44,245 bases of DNA from Pyrobaculum sp. (GCA_046293555.1 JBKBOT010000012.1:1-44245), one strand, 5' to 3'. Positions 27,288-37,780 are shown, counted from the first letter of the stretch. Notes: a model not told the origin generated them from the letters alone. Made by a program: numbers and translations.

Positions 27288-27811
27288 AACTCTCTCACCT
27301 CGCGGTAAGCTGTCTCTACAAGCTTTAAGTTTAGCTCGTACAGCCTGCCCGAGAAGAACCTCTTAAGCGCCTCCCCTATTGAGGATAGCGACGCCACCTC
27401 CGTCGCTCTGGCCACTGCCCCCACCAACGCCGTGTTTACAATAGGCCTCCCCAACACCTTTATGGCCAACGTGGTGGCGTCTATGTAATAAGTCCTTATG
27501 GGGGCCTTATAGACGCCGTTGGTGACAGCTATAGAGGTTTCCTTCACGCCGTCTAGCGGGTTGTCTGCCTTAAACAGCGAGAGGTCTGCCACCACCACCA
27601 CGTCTGGCCGGAGGACGGGCTCCCTCACGTAGATCGGTCTGTCCCACACCCTTAGGTATGACCTCACGGGCGCCCCCCTGCGCTCTGGCCCAAACTCGGG
27701 GAAGGCTTGTGCATACAGCCCCTCGTAGATCACGGCGGTGGCTAGTATCTGCGCGGCGGTGACCACGCCCTGTCCACCACGGCCGTGAAACCGGAACTCT
27801 AAAGGCGTCAT
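27284..27811 (-). CDS. porG: Pyruvate/2-oxoacid:ferredoxin oxidoreductase gamma subunit
   Basis: EFRFHGRGGQG, AFPEFGPERRGAPV and PIVNTA. Confidence 0.96.
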   Translation of the reverse strand: MTPLEFRFHGRGGQGVVTAAQILATAVIYEGLYAQAFPEFGPERRGAPVRSYLRVWDRPIYVREPVLRPDVVVVADLSLFKADNPLDGVKETSIAVTNGVYKAPIRTYYIDATTLAIKVLGRPIVNTALVGAVARATEVASLSSIGEALKRFFSGRLYELNLKLVETAYREVREL

Positions 27812-27882
27812 GATGTATAATGAAACACCATTATTTAACCTTATCTATTTCGATATATGCGAAATTACCTATTGGAAAAAAG

Positions 27883-29709
27883 CTATATCCCCACCAACCT
27901 GTCTAACTCTTCTTTAAATCGAATCCACCACTCGTAGTAGTCGTCATAGTTTTCAAACTTCACCCCTGCCCCCACCTCCATGGCGAGTGTGGAGACAAGC
28001 TCTCTAGCCCTCTTGCTCTCCCAAGGCATGGGCTCCGCCCCAGCTAGCTTTGAGTAGTACGCCAGCTCTCTATACAGGTTGGGAGGCTTGACTCCAGCTA
28101 GCGCATAGAGGTCAGCCAGGAGGGGCTCCGCCCACCCTCTATGGAAGCGACAAATTCCGGCGTTGTCTATATAGGCCTCAGCTAGCGCCCGCTCGTAGGA
28201 AGATCTGGCGAACTCCTCGGGGGGCATCACCGTGGGGTTGTAATTACTCCAGTACCTCCCCTGTATGTACATGGGGGCCACCAAGCCGGGGGCCCAGTAG
28301 AAGTTGGGAGTCATGTAGCCCTCCGTGCCGTAAGCCACATATACCGCAAGATCCCTAAAGCGGGTCCCAGTGGCTCTCACCCTATCTGCAAACCTCCTCT
28401 CCAGCTCTCTGGCGGCCCTCCTGATGCCCAGCCTTGCGACCATGGCGAGAACTTCTGTAGAGTTGTAAACAAAGCCGTCTATCAGACGGGAGGCTAGCCT
28501 GGCGTTTTTCCGGGAGTCCTCCTCTGGCCTAAAGGCCGTGGGGTTAAAAGCCGGCGTGTCGTCCAGGTCTATCTCCTCCGGCTTGAGGAGCCCAACGTAA
28601 GCCGCGTCGAAAAGCCACGCGGCTAGATGGCCCATCTCTATGGCGTCTAGGCCGTATCTATCTATCTTATCCACCAGGGGGACCGCCTCCTCGAATATGT
28701 AGTTACCTATAAAGGGCCCCACGGCGTGGAGGGACTCGTAGTCTATCTTCTTCCCCCTCCACACCTTTTTACACACCACTGGACAGGGCTCGCCGCAGTT
28801 GTACCAGCTCCTACTTTTCTCAAATACCTCCACCTGGAAGGGCCTCCAGAATAGGCGGAGGACGAGATCTACATGTCTAATTCTCTCCTCTCTAGCCATA
28901 TATATGGACTTGTAGCCAAATAGGGGGATTAAGTCGCGGTAATGTACATAATTGACGCCAAAAGTGCCCCCAGTGCCTATCTTAGGGTCGTATCTATACT
29001 TTACTGTCTTCTCGTTTAAAACCTCGACATAGGGCCTGCCGGTTTTTTGTCTAAACAACTGCTCCACGGCCTCCCCCTTGATCTCACGCCACGGCTTTTT
29101 CGGCCCCCCCACCACGATAGCCGCCACGTTGTGTCCTTGTGCCAACACTGTGCCGGGGCCGCCGCGGGCTGCAAAATCCTCCGCGCCGTGTTTAAACTCT
29201 CCGTTAGACATGTCCACAGACACCACGGCGCCGTTGTAGGTGCTATACGCCGCAAGCCCCACCACAAGCGCCCTGGCGTCATTTTTCACAAAAAACTCTC
29301 TATGTTGTTCAAAAAGCCGCCTGGCGGTGCCATATGCCTCCCCGGGGGTGACCTCTGAAAACTCCACCTCGCCGTTGGCTATAAACACCGCCGTTGGCCT
29401 CTCGGCCCTCCCCACAATGGCGACAGCCTGTGCCCCCATCCCCATGGCCTTGTATGCCGCGCCGCTCATGGCGGAGACGTGTAGCGTTTTTGTCATAGGG
29501 CTTTTAAACACAAAGACGAGCTTGTGGACGCCAAACAGCCTGTTTCCCACAAAGGGGCCCACGCCGAAGACCACGGGGACTTGGGGGGAGAGTGGGGGGA
29601 GGCGCCAGGTCTCCCCGTGTATTAACAACGCCGCCTCCAGCGGGCCGGAGGCCTCTACCTCCCTCTTAGAGGTCACACGTCTCTCCACGTCGATTTCCAG
29701 TAGTATCAC
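27883..29709 (-). CDS. Glyceraldehyde-3-phosphate:ferredoxin oxidoreductase (GAPOR, AOR family)
   Basis: EDFAARGGPGTVLAQGHNVAAI, KYRYDPKIGTGGTFGVNY, CGEPCPVVCKK and DNAGICRFHRGW; start placed at GTG 29709. Confidence 0.9.
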   Translation of the reverse strand: MILLEIDVERRVTSKREVEASGPLEAALLIHGETWRLPPLSPQVPVVFGVGPFVGNRLFGVHKLVFVFKSPMTKTLHVSAMSGAAYKAMGMGAQAVAIVGRAERPTAVFIANGEVEFSEVTPGEAYGTARRLFEQHREFFVKNDARALVVGLAAYSTYNGAVVSVDMSNGEFKHGAEDFAARGGPGTVLAQGHNVAAIVVGGPKKPWREIKGEAVEQLFRQKTGRPYVEVLNEKTVKYRYDPKIGTGGTFGVNYVHYRDLIPLFGYKSIYMAREERIRHVDLVLRLFWRPFQVEVFEKSRSWYNCGEPCPVVCKKVWRGKKIDYESLHAVGPFIGNYIFEEAVPLVDKIDRYGLDAIEMGHLAAWLFDAAYVGLLKPEEIDLDDTPAFNPTAFRPEEDSRKNARLASRLIDGFVYNSTEVLAMVARLGIRRAARELERRFADRVRATGTRFRDLAVYVAYGTEGYMTPNFYWAPGLVAPMYIQGRYWSNYNPTVMPPEEFARSSYERALAEAYIDNAGICRFHRGWAEPLLADLYALAGVKPPNLYRELAYYSKLAGAEPMPWESKRARELVSTLAMEVGAGVKFENYDDYYEWWIRFKEELDRLVGI

Positions 29710-29805
29710 ACCCCCGCCCAAGGCGTTACCTAAAAAGCTTTTCGCATAGCACAAGTGTACTCATTACACCCAGTAATACTTTTAAAACAGAGATTCTATA
29801 CCTCT

Positions 29806-30189
29806 GTGAAGGTGGGGGACTTGTTGAAAAACGCTGTGATCTCCTGCCGGGAGGACGAGCCTATTGAATGCGCCGTGGTTAAGATGTATGCCAGCAATGT
29901 GGGCAGCGTGGTGGTGGTAGACAAGGCCAACAGCCCCGTGGGTATAGTCACGGAGAGAGACATAGTGAGGTTTATAGCCCAGGACATAGACCTAAAGACC
30001 CCCCTGGGCCATGTGGCGCGGAAGGGCTTAATCACGGCTTCTCCAGAAGACTCCATAATTTCCGCCGCCGTGAAGATGGTTGAGAACAATATCCGCCACA
30101 TGCCGGTAGTGGAGGGGGGCAGGTTGGTGGGGGTGATAAGCATTAGAGACGTCTTGAGGGCCCTACTGACCACAGAGGCCTTTCCCTAG
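29806..30189 (+). CDS. CBS-domain pair protein
   Basis: NVGSVVVVD...VGIVTERDI and NIRHMPVV...VGVISIRDV; start GTG 29806 below a TATA box. Confidence 0.93.
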   Translation: MKVGDLLKNAVISCREDEPIECAVVKMYASNVGSVVVVDKANSPVGIVTERDIVRFIAQDIDLKTPLGHVARKGLITASPEDSIISAAVKMVENNIRHMPVVEGGRLVGVISIRDVLRALLTTEAFP

Positions 30190-30230
30190 GCGGCAAGCCA
30201 CGGCGTGGGGAGAGAGACTTACTCTAGGCC

Positions 30231-30914
30231 ATGTCTGACGTCAAGAGGAGGCTCGCCCAGGAGGCGTTAAGATTTGTGAAAAGCGGCATGGTGTTAGGGC
30301 TCGGCTCTGGCACCACCGCCAGGGAGTTCATAAAGGCCCTGGGGGCGTTTAGAGGTGTGGACCTCACGCTGGTGGCCACCTCTACAGATAGCGAGCTGGC
30401 CGCATTTGAGGTGGGGCTTGGGGATAGGCTGAGGCCCATGTGGGCTGTAGATAGGATAGACCTTGCGGTAGATGGGGCAGATGAGGTCACTAGAGACAAG
30501 ACGTTCCTAAAGGGCCGTGGGGGGGCGCTGGTGAGAGAGAAGGTGGTTGACTACGCCGCAGGGACGCTGGTCGTCCTAGTGGAGGAGTTCAAGATTGTGG
30601 ACAAGATACCGAAGAGAAACCCAGTCCCCATAGAGGTGCTCCCGTGGGCGTGGAGACATGTGGCTAGAAAAATCGTGGAGAAATACGGCGGCGAGATTTG
30701 GCTTAGACAAGGCCAAGGCCGCCTCGGCCCCGTGGTGTCTGACAACGGCAACTACATACTGGACTGGGCCCCCCCCTCTGCGGTAGATCCAGCTCTTGAA
30801 GACTGGCTGAAGGCCATCCCCGGAGTTGTGGACACGGGCCTCTTCACGAAGAGGAGAGACGCCATCGTGCTGGCGGCGGGGGAGGGGGGCGCCGTCTATC
30901 AGTTATCCACATAG
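30231..30914 (+). CDS. rpiA: Ribose-5-phosphate isomerase A
   Basis: GLGSGTT, DGADEV, KGRGGALVREK, SDNGN and IPGVVDTGLF. Confidence 0.97.
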   Translation: MSDVKRRLAQEALRFVKSGMVLGLGSGTTAREFIKALGAFRGVDLTLVATSTDSELAAFEVGLGDRLRPMWAVDRIDLAVDGADEVTRDKTFLKGRGGALVREKVVDYAAGTLVVLVEEFKIVDKIPKRNPVPIEVLPWAWRHVARKIVEKYGGEIWLRQGQGRLGPVVSDNGNYILDWAPPSAVDPALEDWLKAIPGVVDTGLFTKRRDAIVLAAGEGGAVYQLST

Positions 30915-31594
30915 ATTATCTCATAGACGTCTACCCACGGCGCCGTGGAGTTTGTGGAGTAGACGACGTAATGTGTCGCATGGATGGAGGCGGAGAGGCG
31001 GCCTGGGATACATCTCAACGGCGTCTTGTCTGTCAACATGTAGACGCCGTGTAGATAGCCGGCGTAAGTCCCGTTTCCATACAGCCGCCCCCACGCCACG
31101 CCCCGCAGCACGGCCCCCCTGGGCGTCAACGCCCTGAGGGCCCCCTCTATCTCCCCCAGGTCGAAAGAGGCCCCGCCGATCAGACGGGCGGCGTGGATAA
31201 ACTCCGTGGGCCTAAGCCAGTCCACCACGCCGCCAGCCCTATGGCCCAGAAAGGTGGCGTTCCACGTAAACACATCCCCACGGAAGGCCCAACGGAGGTC
31301 TACCCCCTTCAGGAGGGTCTTGTTTCTAACTTCAGCCAACGCCCCCTCGAGGAGGGGCCCCAGCTCCCTGTACCTCCCGGCGTCTAGCGTCTTCACTGCC
31401 TCCACGGCCTTGGACTCGGCGGCCTTACATATGGCCTCCCCCAGCTGGCTTACAAAAGAGCGCCACTGGTCGCCGGCAAATTTAGCCAGCCTGAAGGCCT
31501 CCAGGGCCTCCGCGTAGGCGTGATGTAACGCCGCAAATACCCCAAACAGGAATAACAACAGTAGGGCCGCCGTGGCGAAATAGAGCCACCACAC
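30899..31594 (-). CDS. Hypothetical protein with N-terminal TM anchor
   Basis: Hydrophobic N-terminus and N-x-T sequons; follows thiL on the same strand. Confidence 0.65.
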   Translation of the reverse strand: MWWLYFATAALLLLFLFGVFAALHHAYAEALEAFRLAKFAGDQWRSFVSQLGEAICKAAESKAVEAVKTLDAGRYRELGPLLEGALAEVRNKTLLKGVDLRWAFRGDVFTWNATFLGHRAGGVVDWLRPTEFIHAARLIGGASFDLGEIEGALRALTPRGAVLRGVAWGRLYGNGTYAGYLHGVYMLTDKTPLRCIPGRLSASIHATHYVVYSTNSTAPWVDVYEIIYVDN

Positions 31595-31607
31595 CTACAC
31601 GCCGCCT

Positions 31608-32462
31608 TTATTTACTACTGAAATAACTCCACCCCCGCCACCCCAGCGGCTCCCCTCTCCACAAGACGCGGCCGGCGCCTTCTCTCACCTCTCCAAAAAC
31701 CACGTAGGGCCCCCCCACTGCGCAGTCTTTCTCCACGGCGAATACCGGCAGGAACTCCTCCCCGCCGTTAAACACAAGCTCCTCTAGGTCTAGGCCGGCC
31801 TCTTCCGCATATCTCCCAACCTCCTCTGTGGTGGGTAGGACATAGACGTGAATATCCACCCCCCTTGCCATGGACCAAAGCACGTCTGCCAGCCCGTCTG
31901 AGGAGTCCATACTGGCGACGACGCAGTCTTCTGGCGGCAGCGGCCAGAGGGGGAGAGGCCTCTTTAACATCTCTACGCCCTTCCTAACTGTGGGGTGGTC
32001 TAAGTCCCGCAGCCTGTAGGCCAGAGCGGTGTAGCCAAACTGCGGGATTGTGGCCAGAAGGCTCCCGGGCTTGGGCCTCCTGCCGACCCTCCTCCCGGCC
32101 CTCCCAACCATGGCCACATCTACCACCACCTCTCCCCCCTGGTTTAAATCCCCCCCCACATAGCTAAGAGAGAGGCTGCGTGACGCCTCTAACACGCCGG
32201 AAATGATCTCGCCCGCCGTCTCTATGTCCGGCGTGGTGACAGAGACAGCGAGGTGGATAGAGTCCACGTATTTAACCCTCATGTCGCTATAGGCGGCGGC
32301 CACGTTCCTCCAGCCGAAATCACCCCACGTCTGAAACGGCAGCTTGGAGGTAGAGGCAGAGGAGCCGTCGATCTTAAAGGCCAGTCCGTCTATATAAGCC
32401 ACGTCGTTATCCTCAACGCCCAGCGTAGCTAAAAGCCTCTCTAAAAACTTCTTCTCGTCCAT
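31608..32462 (-). CDS. thiL: Thiamine-monophosphate kinase
   Basis: DNDVA, KIDG, AAYSD, YVGGDLN, ASMDSSDGL, NGGEEF and C-terminal GWSYF; start ATG 32462. Confidence 0.9.
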   Translation of the reverse strand: MDEKKFLERLLATLGVEDNDVAYIDGLAFKIDGSSASTSKLPFQTWGDFGWRNVAAAYSDMRVKYVDSIHLAVSVTTPDIETAGEIISGVLEASRSLSLSYVGGDLNQGGEVVVDVAMVGRAGRRVGRRPKPGSLLATIPQFGYTALAYRLRDLDHPTVRKGVEMLKRPLPLWPLPPEDCVVASMDSSDGLADVLWSMARGVDIHVYVLPTTEEVGRYAEEAGLDLEELVFNGGEEFLPVFAVEKDCAVGGPYVVFGEVREGAGRVLWRGEPLGWRGWSYFSSK

Positions 32463-32503
32463 CTTGCCGCTTGAGTCAACCCGACGTCCGCCCTGGCCAA
32501 GAG

Positions 32504-32833
32504 CTACTCGGCGGTAATTTCTTCTAGAAGCCTCAAGCTGTCCCCACCGCCTTTTAGTTTTTGCCACAATGGGGAGTTCTTACAGAGGACGTAACGTGTC
32601 TTAGCTCTAGAGTCGTCTCTCTGTAGTACCCCGGCCTCCACCAGTTTTTCCAGCACGTGTTTTACCAACGTGAGGATTACCGGCGCCGTGGTGTCAATCC
32701 CGCCGAACTCTAGCACCTTTCTGGGGGTAAAGGAGACGCAGGACCCCCTGGCCTCCTTCACAATCTTCTCCATCCCCATGTGGACAGTTTTTAGCACAGT
32801 CTTGAACTCAGAGGGGTTAAAACGGTGGTTCAT
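32504..32833 (-). CDS. Small winged-helix-like putative DNA-binding protein
   Basis: SFTPRKVLE...LVKHVLEKLVEAGVL...KTRYVL; start ATG 32833 with its own TATA-like element. Confidence 0.65.
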   Translation of the reverse strand: MNHRFNPSEFKTVLKTVHMGMEKIVKEARGSCVSFTPRKVLEFGGIDTTAPVILTLVKHVLEKLVEAGVLQRDDSRAKTRYVLCKNSPLWQKLKGGGDSLRLLEEITAE

Positions 32834-32873
32834 GTATCTGTGGTGGCGACAAAATTTAAGGACATCAACTGAG

Positions 32874-33308
32874 TTAAGACATTTGTAATATATCCCTACC
32901 TGTATCACCTAACACCACCACCACCACATGTCTCGTCCTGGGGCCGTCCATCTCTACCAGCATTACCTCCTGCCAGGTGCCCCTCCTGAGCCTACCCCCC
33001 ACCACCGGCATCACCAGGTGGAAGCCAAGAAAGATGTTGGCAAGGTGGGCGTTGGCGTTGTCGTCAATCTCGTCGTGGCGGTAGCCGGCGCCCCGGGGGA
33101 ACAGGGATCTCAGCTTGTTGAGAATATCTTCCTTCAGTCTCGGCTCGTTCTCATTTGCGGTAATTACCGCAGTGGCGTGGGGGACATATATCAACACAAT
33201 GCCGTTTTTAACCCCACTCCTCTCCACAACCCCCTCCACCTGCCGCGTCACCACGACCACCTCCTCCCGCGCCTTGGTGGAGATTGTGAACTCCTCCACG
33301 TAGATCAT
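32874..33308 (-). CDS. yjbQ: YjbQ/UPF0047 family (secondary thiamine-phosphate synthase)
   Basis: PHATAVITANENEP, YRHD..DDNANAH, GTWQ and EMDGPR. Confidence 0.93.
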   Translation of the reverse strand: MIYVEEFTISTKAREEVVVVTRQVEGVVERSGVKNGIVLIYVPHATAVITANENEPRLKEDILNKLRSLFPRGAGYRHDEIDDNANAHLANIFLGFHLVMPVVGGRLRRGTWQEVMLVEMDGPRTRHVVVVVLGDTGRDILQMS

Positions 33309-34039
33309 AATATCGACAGAAGGCCTACAGACACGCCGCTGAGGAAATTCACAGCCTCGTTGTTCAAAAAGCCTCTCTCCACACAGCCAGCCCGCGGCGT
33401 TTCAGACATAAAGCCGTCGCATATATACTTCTTCTGCCCCAAGGCTCCCAACACGCTGTCTAACAACTCGCCGAGGTAGCCAAATGCGGCCACCTTCCAG
33501 AGAGACACCGGGGCCTGTATAAACCAGGCCAGCACCGCGATGAAGGAGGCGCCGGCGAGAGAGGCCGCCGACCCAGCCAGCGTTACGCCGCCAGAAAGGC
33601 CGGGCTCCACCTTCCTCCAGGGGGCCAGCACATACCTCGGGGTCCCCCCATACGCCACCCCCACCTCGCTTGCCCACGTGTCTGCCGTAGCTACGGCTAT
33701 TGCAACTACAGCAGCTCCTAAAAACTCCGCCCGCCCTGTGGCCATATACAAGGCGGCAAATACGGCCACAGGCCCCCCAACCCCAGCCACCTGCCTCAGG
33801 GAGCGGCCACCCACGTCCTTAAGGCCGAGGGACCTCTTCCAGTCCGCCCTCACTTTTGTCAACAGGGAGGAGGTGAGGAAAAATGCCGCCAACAGGGCGA
33901 AGAGAGCTGTGTGGGCTAGCGCCACCACTGATCCCACCACAATGGCGGAAATAGTGCCTCTCTGCGTTAAATACCCCCGCCTCAATGCGAAAAACGCGAG
34001 GAGGACGATAGAGGGGACCGCCAAGAAAGACATATCCAT
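33305..34039 (-). CDS. DUF92 / TMEM19 / VTE6-like membrane protein
   Basis: [44 protein letters not shown] and LNNEAVN. Confidence 0.92.
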   Translation of the reverse strand: MDMSFLAVPSIVLLAFFALRRGYLTQRGTISAIVVGSVVALAHTALFALLAAFFLTSSLLTKVRADWKRSLGLKDVGGRSLRQVAGVGGPVAVFAALYMATGRAEFLGAAVVAIAVATADTWASEVGVAYGGTPRYVLAPWRKVEPGLSGGVTLAGSAASLAGASFIAVLAWFIQAPVSLWKVAAFGYLGELLDSVLGALGQKKYICDGFMSETPRAGCVERGFLNNEAVNFLSGVSVGLLSIL

Positions 34040-34080
34040 GTAAGGAGGTATCCTATAAATATATATTAGTTTCTACCCCC

Positions 34081-35082
34081 GTGGACATCTTGTCTAAACT
34101 CCACAAGAAATACGGCGGGGAGATAGAGAGAGCCTTAGAGCGGTATCTCTCCATAGATCTCGCCCAGGACTTCAGAGAGACTGTGATGTATCAAGTAAAG
34201 ACAGGCGGCAAAAGGCTAAGGCCCCTATTGACGCTGGCGACAGCAGAGGTTGTGGCTAAAGAGTGGCGGCCTGCCCTCCCGGCGGCAGCCATAGTGGAGT
34301 TAATTCATAACTACTCCCTCATATATGACGACATAATAGACCGCGGCGACATCAGACGGGGTCTGCCCACAGTGAGAAAAGCCTTTGGGGATAACGCGGC
34401 GATACTAATCGGCATCTGGTACAGAGAGGCCATAGAGGAGGCAGTTTTAGACACCCCCAAGCCGTTAGTTTTCGCCAGGGAGGTGGCCAAGGTGATAAAG
34501 GCGATAGACGAGGGGGAGCGGCTAGACATCTTGTTTGAATATAGCGGTAGAGAAGACCCATATTTCGTAAAGGCCAGGTGGGAAAAAGTGACTCTAGAGG
34601 ATTATATACACATGGTCTCCCTAAAGACCGGCGTGTTAATTGCCGCAGCCGCCAAATGGGGGGTCCTCTCCGTATGTGACGACCCTAGGCTCGCAGAGGC
34701 GGCTTGGGGCTTTGGCCTAAATGCCGGCATAGCCTTCCAGATAATAGACGACGTGTTAGACATATATGGCGACCCGGCGGAATTCGGCAAGGAGATCGGA
34801 AAAGACATTAAAGAACACAAGAGGGGCAACGTGGTTGTGGCCATAGCCCTCCAGAGGCTAGACGAGAGGGAGGCAAGACGCCTTCTAGACATACTCTCCA
34901 GAGAGGTGGGTAAAAAGGAGGTAGAGGAGGCAGTAAGGCTGATAGACTCAGTTGGCGCGAGGGAGGAGGCGATGGGGCTAGCCGGCCGCCACAGGGCTGA
35001 GGCTGAGAGAAACTTGTCACAGCTGCCAGACGACGGGACTTTAAGAGAGCTACTCCAGTTTATCCTCGAGAGGCGGCGTTGA
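34081..35082 (+). CDS. Geranylgeranyl diphosphate synthase (polyprenyl synthetase)
   Basis: [39 protein letters not shown] and GKDIKE. Confidence 0.95.
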   Translation: MDILSKLHKKYGGEIERALERYLSIDLAQDFRETVMYQVKTGGKRLRPLLTLATAEVVAKEWRPALPAAAIVELIHNYSLIYDDIIDRGDIRRGLPTVRKAFGDNAAILIGIWYREAIEEAVLDTPKPLVFAREVAKVIKAIDEGERLDILFEYSGREDPYFVKARWEKVTLEDYIHMVSLKTGVLIAAAAKWGVLSVCDDPRLAEAAWGFGLNAGIAFQIIDDVLDIYGDPAEFGKEIGKDIKEHKRGNVVVAIALQRLDEREARRLLDILSREVGKKEVEEAVRLIDSVGAREEAMGLAGRHRAEAERNLSQLPDDGTLRELLQFILERRR

Positions 35083-35798
35083 TGTATGTAATAAAGCTGG
35101 GGGGCTCCGCCATAACTGACAAGACGCGGCCTCACACCTACCGCAGGGGGAAGGTGCTAAACGTGGCCCGGGAGCTGAGAGGCCGGCCTGCAGCGTTAAT
35201 TCACGGCGGGGGCTCTTTCGCCCACCCCCACGTGAGGGCCTTCGGGCTGACGGGTTTGGGCATCGCCCTGACTAAGGCGGCTTTGAGGAGACTTACTGCA
35301 TATGTGGTAGAGGAGCTAGCTGAAGGAGGCATTGCCGCCATGCCTATAGAGCCCAGCGAGATCTTTTGGGGCGGGAGGCTGGCGAGACTTGAGGTCATAA
35401 CTCACGCCATAAGCCACGACCTCTACCCCCTTCTCCACGGCGATATAGTTCCCACAGACGGCGGATATATGGTGCTAAGCGGCGACGATATTGCGGTAGA
35501 GCTCGCCAAAGCCTTGCGGCCGAGGGCTGTGGTCTTCCTGATGGAGGTTGACGGCATATATACGGCACCCCCCGGCAGCCCCAACGCCGTGAAGATTGGG
35601 AAAATTGCCGGCGAGATCTCTATAGAGGGCACAGGCGGCGTGGACGTGACGGGCGGGGTAAGAAAGAAGGTGGCGGCTGGGCTGGAGATAGCGGGGCTGG
35701 GGGTGCCGGCTTTTTACTGCTCTATAGACGACAGGGAGTCCCTAAGGGCCATACTGGCTGGTGGGGAGGCGGCGGGCTGTACCCAGGTTATACCTTAA
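35079..35798 (+). CDS. ipk: Isopentenyl phosphate kinase
   Basis: [34 protein letters not shown] and DVTGGV; coupled to GGPP synthase. Confidence 0.93.
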   Translation: MMYVIKLGGSAITDKTRPHTYRRGKVLNVARELRGRPAALIHGGGSFAHPHVRAFGLTGLGIALTKAALRRLTAYVVEELAEGGIAAMPIEPSEIFWGGRLARLEVITHAISHDLYPLLHGDIVPTDGGYMVLSGDDIAVELAKALRPRAVVFLMEVDGIYTAPPGSPNAVKIGKIAGEISIEGTGGVDVTGGVRKKVAAGLEIAGLGVPAFYCSIDDRESLRAILAGGEAAGCTQVIP

Positions 35799-36327
35799 CC
35801 CATGCCACCGCGTTGCCGCCCTCTAGCGTAACTCTCGCCGGGAGGTCCCCTATGTTTAATTTCGTGGCGACCGCCTGGAGCCAATCTGCCACCACTCTAT
35901 ACCACCTGTCCGACTTGGGGTATAGCAACACCACTGGGTTGCGCAGATCTTTTGGCAGGTCTATAAAGTCGGCGGGGTCCACATAGCCGGCCTGCACCGC
36001 CGGCAGTATGTAGACAGGCCTCTCGGCGGCGTCCAGGGTGATTCTGGCTAAAAGCTGTTCTGAAAGCCTCTGCCCAGTCCTATAGGGCAGGATGTATACA
36101 TACGTGGTGTCATAAAGGGGGGCGCCCCTCGTTATGTTCCCCCCAAAAAACACGTAGCCCTCCGACGCCTCAACCACGTCGCCAAAGCCGGCGCCGTGGG
36201 TGGGAGATAGAGGCAACAGGTGGATAAGGCCGGTGGTGCCCAGTATGTATCCAGCTTCGGCAAATATGAGCGCAGCCAGCGCCATGAAGAATATCTTGCG
36301 GCGTCTCTTCCGCCTGGCGTCTTTCAT
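35788..36327 (-). CDS. Hypothetical membrane-anchored protein
   Basis: Basic N-terminus (RRKRRRK) followed by a TM helix; TATA upstream. Confidence 0.7.
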   Translation of the reverse strand: MKDARRKRRRKIFFMALAALIFAEAGYILGTTGLIHLLPLSPTHGAGFGDVVEASEGYVFFGGNITRGAPLYDTTYVYILPYRTGQRLSEQLLARITLDAAERPVYILPAVQAGYVDPADFIDLPKDLRNPVVLLYPKSDRWYRVVADWLQAVATKLNIGDLPARVTLEGGNAVAWVKV

Positions 36328-36356
36328 ATGTCCGTCCTGGCCATTTGTTTAAAAGT

Positions 36357-36653
36357 TTAACAGTCTAGCAGAAAGCCGGGGCTGGCTTGAGTTAGCCATA
36401 TCGCCAGTAGGAATATCAACACGGCGGCTACCCCAAGGAGCTCTAGAAATTTATGCCACCTGCCAAACACCAGAAGGGACCCCGCCAACACGCCCCAGAG
36501 GAGGTAGCCAGCCAACATCCCGCAGTAGGGCTTGTAGACCAGACTCCAGAAGCCTGTAAATACCAACGTGATGAGGGCAACGGCGGCGACTCCCACCACA
36601 GCTTCGAACTTATCCACGACGTGTGGAATAGAGAGCTTTTTAAAGCTATGCAT
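36357..36653 (-). CDS. Small membrane protein (3 TM)
   Basis: Three hydrophobic helices; the real start may lie a few codons downstream. Confidence 0.65.
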   Translation of the reverse strand: MHSFKKLSIPHVVDKFEAVVGVAAVALITLVFTGFWSLVYKPYCGMLAGYLLWGVLAGSLLVFGRWHKFLELLGVAAVLIFLLAIWLTQASPGFLLDC

Positions 36654-36655
36654 CC

Positions 36656-37243
36656 ATGGGCCTTGTGGACAAACACGCGCGGGAGGTAAATAGAGAGCTT
36701 TTTAAATCCTATAGAGACGCGGCCGTCCTTTACGACGTCGAGACCACATGTCCGCTATGTGGGGCAAAGAGCTTTAGGTATGTAGAGATGTTATACCAAG
36801 CCCCCAACTTTGGAGACATATTTATACAAAACGGCATCTGTTCCACATGTGGCTACAGGTATTTCGACGTGGAGTATGCAGAGGTGGGGCGCCCACTGCG
36901 GGCCGTCTTTACGGCGAACGATAAAGACGACGTGGCTAAGACCTATCTTGTCAGGAGCAAAGCCGCCACTGTGTACTCCCCAGACCTTGGCTTCTCTCTG
37001 GAGCCTGGCGTATATGGGGAGGCCGTTATCACAACGGTAGAGGGGTTTCTATACAAGGTGATAGACTACGCGGAGAGGCTAAAAACCCTAGAGCCAGAAA
37101 AGAGCGAGAAGGTGGATAGGTTCATACAGCTCGTCGCCGAGAGGATAGAAAGGGGGGGCTTCACCCTGGTGGTAGAAGACCCCCTGGGGAAGTCTTTCTT
37201 CATACCGCACAAGCCAGAACGCGTGAAGGTGGAGTACCTCTAG
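36656..37243 (+). CDS. ZPR1-type zinc-finger protein
   Basis: CPLCG...PNFG...CSTCGYRYFD, VRSK, EPG, ITTVEGFL and EDPLGKS. Confidence 0.93.
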   Translation: MGLVDKHAREVNRELFKSYRDAAVLYDVETTCPLCGAKSFRYVEMLYQAPNFGDIFIQNGICSTCGYRYFDVEYAEVGRPLRAVFTANDKDDVAKTYLVRSKAATVYSPDLGFSLEPGVYGEAVITTVEGFLYKVIDYAERLKTLEPEKSEKVDRFIQLVAERIERGGFTLVVEDPLGKSFFIPHKPERVKVEYL

Positions 37244-37252
37244 CCGCGCGTC

Positions 37253-37780
37253 CTAGGGCAGCACCCCCCGGCAGTATGTAGCCACGTAGTCCTCAAGGAC
37301 GTGAGACAGGTCGTGGTAGTCCAGCAGCCTTTTGTATAGACTCTCCGCCAGGTCGTCTGTGGGGTACCCCAGCTGTCTGTACCTACAGGCTCTAATCAAC
37401 GTGGCGAGCTTATCCGCAAAGGCCACCACCCTCCCCACGTAGTTTGTCTCGTAACGATACCACCTGAAGAGCTCCGCCAGGTGGGGGAAGTGGGACCTAA
37501 ATACAGCCTCCTCAAGCTCCTCCCACCTGACCCTATCTCTCACCTCTCTGGCGGGGTGGCCTAAAGCCGCCTCCGCCAGGTCGTGAACGGCGGCTACGGC
37601 CAGCACCTTGGCTATATCTATCTCCACGCCCTCCGCCTGTAGCCTCGCGGCGATATCTCCCGCAACTAGCGTCACGAGGAGAGAGTGGCTACAGACGCTC
37701 TCCGCCGCGGCTACCCCCCTTTGGAGCCACCCCACCCTCGGGGTGTTACAAAGGGCCTCTACAGACTCCAGGAGGTTCAT
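37253..37780 (-). CDS. HD-domain phosphohydrolase (YfbR/HDDC2-like)
   Basis: PRVGWLQRGV, ESVCSHS, HDLAEA and ADKL; start ATG 37780 overlaps the gatD stop. Confidence 0.9.
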   Translation of the reverse strand: MNLLESVEALCNTPRVGWLQRGVAAAESVCSHSLLVTLVAGDIAARLQAEGVEIDIAKVLAVAAVHDLAEAALGHPAREVRDRVRWEELEEAVFRSHFPHLAELFRWYRYETNYVGRVVAFADKLATLIRACRYRQLGYPTDDLAESLYKRLLDYHDLSHVLEDYVATYCRGVLP

